Shown piece after piece: positions 35,448-47,467 of a stretch of 64,000 nucleotides of DNA. The notes under the pieces were generated by a model, which made no database searches, was not told the origin of the DNA, and saw nothing but the letters and a program-made list of their open reading frames with translations. The number at the start of each line of letters is the position of its first letter. The first letter of the stretch is position 1. This stretch comes from Narcine bancroftii (lineage: Eukaryota). A program made the position numbers and the translations under genes. The stretch spans positions 21,824,001-21,888,000 of the forward strand of contig NC_091478.1 in NCBI RefSeq assembly GCF_036971445.1, given 5' to 3'.

Positions 35448-37564
35448 CATTGAAGCATTGAGTGCAGGAGCAAAGATGGCACATTACAACTGTACGAGTC
35501 ACTGACGATAATCATACTTGAGAGTATTGTGTGCAGTTTTGGTTACCCACCTGTACGAAGAGGAGTATACAAAAAAGAAAAGGTTCAGAAAACATTCAAG
35601 AGGACTAATAGGCTTGAATAATAAGGAATGGCTGGGACTCTTCTCCCTCAAATGTCAGAATCTAAGGGGGAGGGGAACATTACAGAGATATACATAGTCA
35701 TGAGGACCATAAATAAATAATCAAAAGTTTTTTCTGAGGATAGACAAATCTAAAATTAAATGGCATTAAGTTCAGATGAGAGATTTAAAATGGACCTGAG
35801 GGGTATCTTCTTCACACAGAGGGTGGTGAATATATTGAATGAGCTACCAAAGTGGTAAGAACAACTTCAATGCTCGAAAAACCTTAAGCCTTTTAACATA
35901 GTAAAAAAATACAACTGTAAAATCGGAGATACTCCGCCCTCACATTGCTGACCCTACCATCATAAATGTTCTGGGACAAGCTCAAAGATACTGATATCGA
36001 TCTTTCCAGGCGGTAGTCCCAGCGGAGGAGTGGAGGGATCCACCTCGCTTCATAAATGTATAGTGGCTGGCTAGGGGCGGGCTGATGACATTGCAATGAT
36101 GGGGTCAGCCCACGACCCAGGACCTATCAAAGCTGTTTAATGAATCTATTCCAAACAGTTCGTGTCAGGCAGAGCCCTGGGTAATTCCTGCAGCATTTGT
36201 CTAATGAGCCTTCCTGAGGTTGTGCTCTCGCAGCTGTCTGTGCTAGTTCTCCCCCCTCGCCCCCACCCATGCACAAGGGGGAGTTTGTCTCCTCTCGAGG
36301 ATGCATAGCTGGCTCCAGTTTTGGGCCGATCGTGCCACGGTCCTGGTCTCTAATGATCTCCCTCCCTCGATTCTCTCCCTCCTCCACCAGTCACCCAAGA
36401 GAGAACTCGGCAGTCGGGGGCCAGAGTAGGAAATGGAAGGCAAGTCCGAGGAGGAGCACCCTGTCAGCTTCACATGCTTGAGAGGTGGTGCTGAGAGGGT
36501 GCACTGGACACAGGGTAGAGCTGGCACGCATCCCCAAGGACCACAGGCACTCTGCTCTCCTGCTCTGGTTGGTGGTGGTTGAACTATGAACCTGCTTCAC
36601 CCCCTTCCCCTCCCTCCAATGAACCAACCTAAATCATGTGGTCAAGATTCAACATTCCCATCAGCAACATTTCACCTGTCAGCTGGGGTGCGGTAGGTGG
36701 GAGGTGAGATGCAGTAAATGGCCTTCCCTCACACTCATGGATAAATCTGCCTCCCCTCCCCTCTCCCTCCCTCCCTCCAACCAACCAGCCTAACTCTTGT
36801 TGAAGGTGCCTTCCTCCCTCCCCCATCCCCAAGCGACAGTTCTGCAGTCAGGGGTCGGTGGGAGGGTGTGCTAGTTCACTAGTTCTCCTCTCCTGCCAGT
36901 CCTGGACCCTAAGAGCAGTTCCAGCTGTGTGGGGGATTATGGGTAATGAAGATAGCCATTGGTCTCCACCTATTTATGATGGATGGTGGCATGGCAACAG
37001 TCGTCCCGCCTACTGTGGTTCTGGAGGACACAACGAGGCACGGCTCTGCATAAAAGGGATATTGGAGCTGCCTTTTAGGGCTACTCTAAAGTGCAGATTT
37101 TTCTCCATGGATGGAGCCAGGCTCGAAATTACTTGCAGATATGAAGAGTAGAGAAGATAACAAGTTTCTAAAAAATGACTGTTTTGAAGTACATCAAATA
37201 AAAATAAATTATGATATGCAAATAATGACATGCAAAACATTTGTTCCATATAACCATATAATCATATAACCATTTACAGCACAGAAACAGGCCATGTTGG
37301 CCCTTCAACTCCACGCCGGTTCACTTGAATAACTCCACTAGCTCCCCCCTTCCTCTCTCTGCCCATAACCCTCCAACCCCTTCACCTCCATGTACACATC
37401 CAACCCTCTCTTAAATGACAGAATCTTTGCTTTTCTGATCACAGATATATAGGCTCACTGCCAAATGAAAAATAATGATGTGTTTTTCAGTTCTGAAGCA
37501 ACAAAAACTGAATTGTAAGAAATGGTTGCTTTTAAATTTGAATTTTAAATTAAGTTTTTTAAAA

Positions 37565-37792
37565 TCTAAATTTAGACATAAAGCACAGTAACAGGCCCTT
37601 TCAGCCCATGAGCCTGTGCCGCCCAATTATACCCAATTGACCAACAACCCCTGGTATGTTTTGAATGGTGGGAGGACTGGAGCCCCCAGAGAAACCCCAT
37701 GCAAACATGGGGAGAACATACAAATTCCAGATTTGAACCCGGATCCCGATCACTGGTGTGGTAAAAACGTTGCGCTAAATAAATGTGCCCTG
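37565..37792 (-). mobile_element. tRNA-derived SINE
   Basis: Same family; a further partial copy lies at ~41145-41280. Confidence 0.8.
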
Positions 37793-38475
37793 TGGTCAGA
37801 TGCATGATAAATATTCATCTTAAGTATTTTGTAAACACTTGGTACAAAAGGACTGAAAAGTAATAAATAATATTTGGGTGACTCATTGCTGAGCAATGAG
37901 CATCTACACCAAGAGCCTTGTTATTTCCACTTAATAAATGGCATTTTTACATGATAAATGGCATTGCTATAATTGAATCGATCACATCAATGTCGGCTAG
38001 AATTTTAAATGACATACAATACTACATAAATATCATGGATAGTGTAAGAATTCACTATTCGATTTCCCAACACAGTTCGAAGTCTATAAGATAAACATTA
38101 GTAGTGTAATGCATATGTTAAGATGAACACAGCACTACCAACACACGAAACTCAATGTCACCCAGGCCAAAGCAGTTGAGTTGATTAATAATCTACCCAC
38201 CATCATTCCATCACTTCCATATGGTGGCTACCTTATATCACCAAAAACTGGAACTTCTAGCATGTTTAAAAAAATACAGAGAATGCACTTGAAAACACTA
38301 ACATTTCCAAATTCCCAGGAATCGGTCCTAATAAGGATATTTGTCACCTCTCCATCATTGCCAAATAAAAAATGTTCATCTTACACTGTAGTTCTGTGAT
38401 GTACCTCCACTATATTAATCTCAGAAGTTCAAGAGAGTGAGGCACAAGGTGTAACTAGAGGCGGTTATGCCAGCC

Positions 38476-38715
38476 TGTAGAGCTCGTCGAAAGAACCAAA
38501 GACTTGTTGATCCAAACCAAGGCTTTTATTAGCAAAAGACCGGAGCTCTTCACAGGTGGCCGACCAGTCCGGAATGATCCGACCTGGCTAGGGACACAAC
38601 CCTTTAAGGCCCAAACAATAGGTGTGGCTTAGCTCTCAGCCAATCGCTGTAAGCACAGTCTAGATACAGTAACTATATACACTATGTACATTGGTGATAG
38701 ATCTGTACTATCACA
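38476..38715 (-). mobile_element. Solo LTR, same family as 4353-4591
   Basis: TG...CA termini and 5-bp TSD CAGCC. Confidence 0.88.
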
Positions 38716-38934
38716 CAGCCATACCCAAAAATCAGCAGACCTTTTAAGGGAAATATCAGAACAATATATTCAAATAATGGCATTTGGTCATTGACACAAG
38801 TTGCATTTAAATGATCATAGGTCTTGATACCAACTTTTTAAAATTCAATCTATGTTCAGAATTGGAGACATGGGGTCAGAGAGGCAGACAGCATGGAAAC
38901 AAGCCTTTGGCCCAACCTACCCAGGCCAACCAAA

Positions 38935-40030
38935 ATTCAGATTTCAGATTTATTGTCAGAGAACATACATAAATCCTGAAATTCTTTTTCCTGTGGACAC
39001 AGCAGAATTACCACTAATTGGTAGCACAATACAAAAAAAGAATCTGTACACAGCATATACATGTAAACAAATAAAGAACTGTAAACAGATAACGAATGTC
39101 AACAAATTGACTGTGCAACACAGAGAGAATAAAAAAGAAAAGAAGATCAATAAAGTGGACAAATAAGAGTCCTTAAATGAGTCTCTGATTGAGTTTGTCA
39201 TTGAGAAGTCTGATGGTGGAAGGGGAGCAGCTGTTCCTGAGCCTGGTGGTGCGAGTCTTGTGGCACCAATACCTCTTTCCTGATGGCTGCGGTGAGAACA
39301 GAGCATGTGCTGGATGATGTGGGTCTTAGTGGGAAGGATTCTGTGTTGTTCTGGACTGTGTCCACTACCTTTTGGAGGGTTTTACACTCAGAGGTATTGG
39401 TGTTTTCATACCATACCATGAGCAACCAGTCACAACACTTTCGGCCACATCTCCGTAGAAATTTGACAGGGTTTCTGGTGTCAAACCAAGTTTCACCAAC
39501 TCCTGAGGAAGTAGAGGTGCTGACGTGCTTTCTTCACAATGCCATTGGTGTGTTGGGTCCATGAAAGATCCTTCAAGATAGTGACTCCCAAGAACTTAAA
39601 TTTGCTCACCCTCTCCACCTCTATTTCCCCAATGATCACTTGATTGTATATCTCTAGCTTTCCTTTCCTGAAGTCATCAATCAACTCCTTAGTTTTGGTG
39701 ACATTGAGTGCAAGGTTGTTGTTGGTGCACCATTCAGCCAAGTTTTCAATCTCCATCATGTAAGGTGACTCATCACCTTCCTTTATACAACCCTCTACTG
39801 TGGTATTGTTGGCAAATTTGTAGGTTGTATTATTGTTGTACTAAACCACACAGTTGTAGGTGTAATGTGAGTAGACCAGGGAGCCCTATGGTGCTCCTGT
39901 ACCGATGGTGATTGCGAAGGAGATGTTCTTACCATTCTTCACTGATTGTAGTCTGAAGATGAGGAAATTTCATCTAGTGTTAATTTCTAAGTCTTGGAGT
40001 TTGCTGATCAGTTTTGTGGGGATGACGGGG
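38935..40030 (-). mobile_element. Rex1/Babar-type 3' fragment
   Basis: WCTNNNLALNVTKTKELI..VERVSKFKFLGVTI..LSW..KKARQHLYFLR. Confidence 0.8.
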
Positions 40031-40074
40031 CTAAATGCTGATCTGTGGTCGATAAAGAGTATCCTGATTGATTA

Positions 40075-40800
40075 ATGTCCCTTTCACATTAATCCCACCT
40101 GTGTTTGACCCATATCCCTCAAAGCACATTGTAGCCATGTATCCATCCAAATTTTTCTGAAATGTTGCAATAATACCTCCCTCAACCACCTCCTCAGGCA
40201 GCCCATTCCATACACTCACCACCCTCTGTGTGAACAGCATTAACCCTTTGTATTTAAATATCTCAACTCCCCCCCACCCAACTTTAAAACAAAGTCCTCT
40301 GGGCCCTACTCTGGGCAAAAAACTTTGTGCATTCACCCAATCTATTCCTCTCGTGATTTTTTTTATAACTCAAAATCATCCCTCATCTTCTCCCTTTTGC
40401 TCAGGCCCCTGAGTCACAGCAACCCCTTTTTAAATCTTCTCTGCATCCTCTCCAGCTTGATAACATCCTTGCTGTTGCATAATGTCCAAAAACAAAACAC
40501 GTATTCCAAATAGGGCCTCACCAACATCTTATACAACTGTAACATGACCTCTCAATTTCTGTCATACTCTAACTTCTGAAGGCCAATGTGCCAAGATCCA
40601 TTTTTGATCACCTGATCTACCTGTGACTCCTTTTCAAGGTTCTAATGTACCAACAGTCCAAGCCCTCTCTGCTCCACAACATTCCCTAGATCCCTACCAT
40701 TAATTGTGTAGGCCTACCCATGTTAGACGTCCCAAGATGCAACACCCGACATTTCTCTATTAAATTCCACCAAACGTTCCTTTATCGACCTGCTCCACTG
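40075..40800 (-). mobile_element. CR1-type LINE 3' fragment
   Basis: FTQRVVSVWNGLPEEVVE..FQKNLDGYM. Confidence 0.75.
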
Positions 40801-41356
40801 ATTAAGATCTTAAAGATTTTTTTTAAATTCAACCTTTAATTACAATATATTCCATAGTGATAACTTTCTCTATATTTTTGCAGAAAACAACAGAGTTCTG
40901 CTAGCTTCCCTTTGTATCACAACATAATCCAATACATTCTTCCCACTGCCACCTTACACTGGAATTTGATCTGGGCTTCCTTCTTCAGGACATTTACCAT
41001 AGCAATAAGAATACCTGGCCTCTCACAATGACGCACTGTTTAGTTCTCATGTAACTGACTCGTTGTACATTGATCCTTTTGCAAAGTGATGCATCCAGAC
41101 ACTGATTTTTTAAAAATGTATTTAAATTTATTTTTTATATAAATTTAAATTTAGACATGCAGCACAGTAACAGGCCCTTTCGGCCCATGTGCCTGTGCTA
41201 TCCAATTCACCTACTACCCCGGTACATTTTGAACAGTGGACGGGGAGAATGTACAAACTCTTTACAGATGATGCAGGATTGCGCTTACTGTGCCGCTCTT
41301 TTATACGGAAGAATTTGACTGAATGCTCACATTTCACATTGAGATGTATCAGTGGT

Positions 41357-42320
41357 TGTTACTGGATATATTATTATGGTTATGGATAAATATGACTTTA
41401 AAAGAGATAGATTGTGGGGGTTTAGTGTAGGTCACTTCACAAACAGAGTAACACTTCACAAAAGACATATCATTTAAAATGCAAGAGCTTTGCTGAAGCT
41501 AGACATTAAGGCTCTGAGTGACTTTGTAGAGACAATGGAACTGCTTTGGAAAGAACTTCAAAAGGAGGTACAAATGGGCAATAAAATCCAAGCTCAAAGA
41601 TACTGATAAAATCTTTCAAAGGTTTTTACAAGCAGAGAGAGGAAAAAACAAACAGGATTCTTCTCTTAGAGAGAGAGAGGTGAGTTCTCCAGTAGCAGTT
41701 GAGGCTGCAAAATGGCAAGCTGGCAAGCTTGATGAAAAACCCTATTTTGAAGACAAGTTGTGAGTTCTGAGTTCAGCCCGTTCAAAACCCTTGTAGTCCT
41801 TGCAAGAGAAAATGGCTGGCTGGAGTGTTTCTTCTGAAGAAAGGGTAACAAGAGGAACTCTGTGATGATCATTTGGAAAACCCACGATGGGGCAAGTTTC
41901 TTTGGTAAGAGACTGAAGTGACTGATCGGAGGAAATCAGTTTGTGCGTGTCCAACGAGCAACAAATACCTCTCTGAAACCAACAAGAACCTTCCTGAGTG
42001 GTAACCATTTAATTTTAAACACCAGACCCTGGTGAAGATTCATAAATGTTAAATTCTGTGCACAGTATAAGAATTGACTGATACCGGTGAACTTGATTTA
42101 AGAATTAATGATTGGACTGTGAAACAAAGAACTTTCCTGAACAAAAACACATGCGCTTAGAATTAGAAGGGAGTTAAGTTAGGTTCAGTTAATAGTAATA
42201 AATTAAAGTTTGATCCTGTTTTTATGTTAAAAGAAAATTAAAAGCAACTTTTGTATAAGTAACCATTGTCTCGGTGAATTTCATTTGCTGCTGGGGTTTG
42301 GAGTCCTCTGGGCTGTAACA
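41357..42320. mobile_element. Solo LTR (964 bp)
   Basis: Termini TGTTAC...GTAACA and 5-bp TSD GTGGT (41352-41356, 42321-42325). Confidence 0.85.
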
Positions 42321-43199
42321 GTGGTGCACAACATTAATTTTGTCTTCATTACTTGTCGTGAGTGCCGACTTTGGACAATCCATCATCTGAGTTAAACAGG
42401 ACAAGTCTGTGATTGGAGTGCACTGCAACTGCGATTTCCTCGCCCGTGAACTGTCCATGGTGCTGAATTCACTCTCGATTCCCTTGGTCCTTGCAAGTCT
42501 GTTTGCCTCAAGTGCCTGCCCTCTATCCATTCGAAGTCATTGATGGGTTCCCTTTCCACCACCTTCATAGACAACGAGTTCGAGGTCACCCTTTCTCTCC
42601 AAAATGGAGCAAAACGACATCATCACTTTCCCTGACATGTCACATCGCCAAATCAAGACATCAAAAACTTTGACACCCCCCCAAAAAAATCATTTAGACA
42701 AACAAAAATGCTCCACTGTAATATGAAGAACCTGTTGCCTTATCCCCAAAAGAACCAAACTCGTAAGAAAGTAGAGTGTTCTTGTGAAGTTTTAAAACTA
42801 AAGCAGTCCGAATTCTATTTGGATTCGTATTTTCTGATGGAGTTTCTGATACTTTAATACAGAATAACTTCATAAAATATATGTACGAGTTGCAACACAA
42901 TACCTTCATTTCTAGTTCCCAGGAACACAATCCAATGAATTTGCCAATTCAAGCAACGCCAATAAGTCATTAGCGATGGGTTCCCAACAAGTCAACGATT
43001 TATTCAATCATTTGTCATTGTTCACGGCCAGAAATGTCAGCATTAATGTTCAGTGCTCTTGAAATAAGGGGGCATCTGCACATTTAACGTGATTCCTCTT
43101 TTTTCATTTAGTTTTGCTGCGCATGGCAAAGAATTTACGGCAAACAGCCGCCACTCAGTGTCTTCTTCCCGACCAAGCCGGTGACACTCAGAACGTATC

Positions 43200-43770
43200 A
43201 ATGGAGCTCATCTCGAATTCAGACCCGCACTGGTGGCCGGGGGGGGGGGGCTTGAATGATTGACGGATGTATGGACCAATGGGCACCCGCTGCACCGACG
43301 GCGATGCGCTCCAATGAAGAAGAGGGGCGGGGTGGAGGGCTGCTGAGGGAGGCAGGGACCTGTCGTCTTCTCTCGAACCTCAGGCATCATCTCCTCGGCC
43401 GGTGAGTGGATGGGAATTGTGTTTTTTTTTGGGGGGGGGGATTGTGTTGGGGAGGGGGTGGGAAGGGGAGTCCTTCGGATGCTTGACCCCCCCACACTCC
43501 CCTCTACGAGTCTCCCATCCTCCGGAGGATTTCAGGGCCCAGGGAGGGAAATACCGCAACCACCCTGGTTACCTTAACATTTTACCTCGCCGGCTTGTTC
43601 TTGATGAATCCGGATGAGCTTCGGGAGTTTTCCCCAGTCAGACGACGGGCGTGGGAGGGACAAGTTTACCCCCTGACAGCCCTGGGACGGGTGGCACCGC
43701 GCCGGCTGCTCGTGGGCGCATGCGCACAAGAGCCACTGCCCTGGGGATGCCACTGAAGGGTTGCCCACTG
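43200..43770 (+). promoter_or_regulatory. CpG-rich candidate promoter and non-coding first exon of PDZD7
   Basis: CCAAT at 43276 and 43311, GC box GGGGCGGGG at 43324-43332, donor CCG|GTGAGT at 43401/43402, NRF1-type GCGCATGCGC at 43716-43725; about 3.9 kb upstream of the PDZD7 ATG. Confidence 0.45.
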
Positions 43771-43979
43771 ATTCACAGTCAAAGAGTAAGGGACAGCAGG
43801 CTCTTCGACCTAAACTGACCCACTTGGTATTGTGCCTTCGAGGCCATGATCAGTCCATAATGGCCTTTGAATGTCAACATTGTACCTGCTTCCTCTGGTT
43901 GTCAATGACCCTCTGAATGATAAAGTTGCCTCTTGGATCCATTTCAGATCTCTCTCTCTCTCTCACCTTGAATCAACAT

Positions 43980-44410
43980 CACCAAACGATAGGAAAGATA
44001 TCCATAAGATTGAAAGAGTGCAGAGAAGATTTACTAGGATGTTGCTGGGACTTGAGGAACTCTGTCACAGGGAAAAGTTAAAACAGGCTCGGACTTGATT
44101 TCATGGAGCACAGAAGAATGAGTGGAGATTTGATAGAGGCGTACAAAAATCACGAGAGGTATAGATAAAGGCTAATAAGTTTTCCCTTTAAGGTTAGATG
44201 AGATACAAACCGGAGAATATGGGTTATGGTGGGAATGTGGTATGAGCTGCCAGCTAAAATGGCAAATGTGGACTCAATTTTAACAAAAAAATTGGGCAGG
44301 TGCATGATGGAATGGATATTGTGTGGGTGCAGGTCAGTGGAACTAGGCAGAACAATAATTTGACACAGACTAAAGGGCCTGTTTATTTGCTGTAATGTTC
44401 TATGGCTCTA
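43980..44410 (+). mobile_element. CR1-type LINE 3' fragment
   Basis: RKDIHKIERVQRRFTRML.GLEEL; related fragments also lie at ~32900-33110, 47990-48400, 52095-52610 and 62000-62310. Confidence 0.7.
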
Positions 44411-45438
44411 GAATCATCAACCATGGGGGGGAAAAACTGAGCATTCACTTTGTCCATGCCCCTCATGATTTTATACCTCTATAATGTCATACCCCCCCCC
44501 TCATTCTTCATCTCCCCAGGGAATAAGGACCTCATATCCTACTGGAAAATGTTGAAGATGAATTACCAGGTTGCTGCAGTAACAAGCTATCACAGAAGGG
44601 TTGCCCAACACTTTAGAAGTGAAGATGAATTGCACTAGCTTTTTTTCAATCATTCACAGTCAAACTGAACATTTAAGCTCCACTCCTAATTATGTTGACT
44701 CCCTAATCTCCCAATGGCCTTGAATTTAGCAGTAGAGGCAGAAACCCCTCTCTGCATTCACACATTTAACAAGAACAGGAACATCCACTGGCTACACTCA
44801 CTGACACAAGTTTGGTTCGACTGAGTTTCATTCATTATCTATTTTAAGTAATTTTTCATCATTTTGAAAATGTAGCTCAAGTACAAAATGAGATCATTAT
44901 TCAAGTGAAATTATAGTTAAAGCACGATGTTTAAACTAACGCTGAAACTTTAAAAATACATAAATTATTAAATAAACATTTTTAACATTTTTTATTTAAT
45001 ATCTACCAAGCACAGCACATTGATCTATTCTGGTCCCTTCCATCCCCTCAACTTCCTATTGTGGCTGAACTATTTCTACAGGAAGTATGGTCAAGGGATA
45101 GGTGGGACTTTCTCCTTAGCATCAAAGAGAAGGTATAGTTGGCACAAATTTTCTGGCCTGAATGCCTTGTTCCTTTGCTCTGTAGTTCTAAGACTGTAAA
45201 TCACTGGTAACTACAAATACTGGTAGTTGCATAGTGTGTCGTGATCTACAGAACACAGCTTCTCAGAAAACTGCCCCACTTTAAGGAAACGTAAGTTTTT
45301 GCCACCAGCAACTGCCTGGTTATCCCACTGGGTTGCACTGCCTGAGGTGAACAGTTTAAGGGTGCTGACATTAGAAGGGAGGTGGGGGCAGGGGGGTGGG
45401 GGAAGACAGAATATCTGATACAGAGAATAAGTCTAGTG

Positions 45439-45794
45439 CAGTGGTTCTCAACCTTTTTCTTTCCACTCACATAACTAAGTAATCCCTATGCCATCGGTGC
45501 TCTGATTAGTAAGGGATTGCTTAAGGTGGTACGTCAGTGGGAATTGAAGGTTGAGAATCACTCCTCTAGACCCAATTGTTACTGAAATACTTTGCTTAAG
45601 AAAAATTGTCATTGGCCCATTTCCTTTGGAGTTATGAAACCGTGCACATAACAAGTCAATCAGGTACAATTAAAACAGTGGTTTCCCCACCCACATACCA
45701 CCTTAAGCAATCCCTTTCTAATCACAGAGCATCTATGGCATAGGAAATACTTAAAGTGGTATGTGAGTGCAAAGCAAAAGGTTGAGAACCACTG
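45439..45794. mobile_element. hAT/Charlie-like MITE at the centre of a larger inverted duplication
   Basis: TIRs CAGTGGTTCTCAACC / GGTTGAGAACCACTG. Confidence 0.75.
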
Positions 45795-45917
45795 CACTAG
45801 ACCCATTCTCTGAATTAGATATTCTATCTTTCCCCCTCTCCCTTCTAACGTCAGCACCCTCAAACTGCTCACCTCAGGCAGTGCAACCCAGTGGGATAAC
45901 GAGGCAGTAAAGAACAA

Positions 45918-46025
45918 AAGTGAAAACACAGTACAGTGCTGGAGAAACTCAGCATACTTTATATAAGCAAAGATAAAGATACATAACCAATGTTTAAGGC
46001 TTAAGCCCTTCATCAAGGTAAAGGA
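45918..46025 (-). mobile_element. Penelope-derived terminal fragment (decayed hammerhead motif)
   Basis: Same terminal sequence as the other copies; GAAA has mutated to TAAA. Confidence 0.6.
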
Positions 46026-47268
46026 CAAGTTAGGTCTGTGCAGATTTAAATGAGAAGTACAATTGGTTGAATGTGAATAACAATTCTTCCACAAATCTAA
46101 TTTTCATATAGTTTACATAATGTATTTCCTGTAATTGCAATCTGCAAAATAATCTGGTGTATCAATGAACAATATATGATTGCGCTTTGCAATGTTTCGC
46201 CATTTATTAAACAAGTCTTTAGGCCTTTTTATGGTCAAGTAAAAAAAAGGTGATCTTTACCTTTTATGATAATAACCTATAATGCAATCCAATGTTACTG
46301 TAATGAAGAGCAGAGTCGGGAACTGTCTTCTAGAGTTGAGGGAGGTGGAACGAGTGGTGCAGTAGCATTGCCCGCCACTGTGACATCAAACATGTGCACC
46401 GGGAAGTGAAAGTGCCGAGTTTGCAGATGGGTCCAGCATTATGTTTTTACACTATTGACCTACTGAGTTTCTCCAGCATTGTGTTTTCACTTTGAAAATT
46501 GTGCTTGAGTTGTGGGCTGATGATGTCATCAGCACTCCCCTTTGCAGCCTTTTATGGAGTGACTACACTCCACCTTTAAGTGTATCACGCTGGGCGGATG
46601 GAAGGTGGAGCTTATTCCAGCAGTCCATTTGCCTTTGGACCTTTGAAAGAGGAAAGTGCAGCAATGTAAAGGTGGAGAATCTGTCTTTACATTCACCTTT
46701 TTTTTCCTCTATAAAAGATCATTTTAATCAATGTTATATCATCAAGACCATTGCCTTCTTTATGAATATTTGTTTTTTTCCACATTAAGAATTGATTTCC
46801 AGTTTAGGTACAGAATTGTGTTGTTTTATTCCTAAAAGAATTTTCTTCAGTTTATGAAATCTGAACTTGAATAAACAAGAAATGTTAACTTATCCTTTTT
46901 GAGTTTTATTCGGTGTATGTAAAACTATAGTTCTGCCTTACCTTTGATATTATGAGTAATGGATTGTTTAATTTGATTTGCAGGAATTCTTGAATTTATT
47001 TCAAAATAACTTTCCACTGAAAACTGAGGCAAAATGGCTGCAAATTTGGCAAGTATTTGTTATCTCAATAAACACATTCCTGGTCTCTATATTCTACATG
47101 GAACCATCACCAGTACCTTGGGGGAAAAAGATGTAAGGTAAAGATTCCGTCGTACTGTTTCAGACTTCAAAATGAAAGAAGTTGGCATATTCATCTCCCA
47201 TGCCTGGTAACATAACATGAATTTATGCATTCCTGATTATTGATGAATTGTTGGTGGACTACACCAGC

Positions 47269-47467
47269 ATGGCTCACTCATTTGACTCGGCAAGAAGAGA
47301 ATTTACAGATACGATACACGTCAGCAATCATATTGGTAGTACAAACTCAGCAACGCGGTACCTGTTGAAGAAGCAACACAAACAATTGAATGGACAGCCC
47401 AGAGCAACCCGATCTAATTCACCCATGGGCAGGGTGATCCTTATCACTGGTACTTCTCCAATTGATG
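47269..47467 (+). CDS. PDZD7: PDZ domain-containing protein 7, first coding exon ([12 protein letters not shown]...[40 protein letters not shown])
   Basis: Matches the PDZD7 N-terminal motif ATRYLLRKQ...LNG...SPMGRVILI; 199 bp ending at G|GTAAG. Confidence 0.92.

Noticed and set aside
47131-47163. Tiny intron between donor-like AG|GTAAAG (47138) and the acceptor at 47163
   Set aside because: 26 nt is too short for a vertebrate spliceosomal intron.
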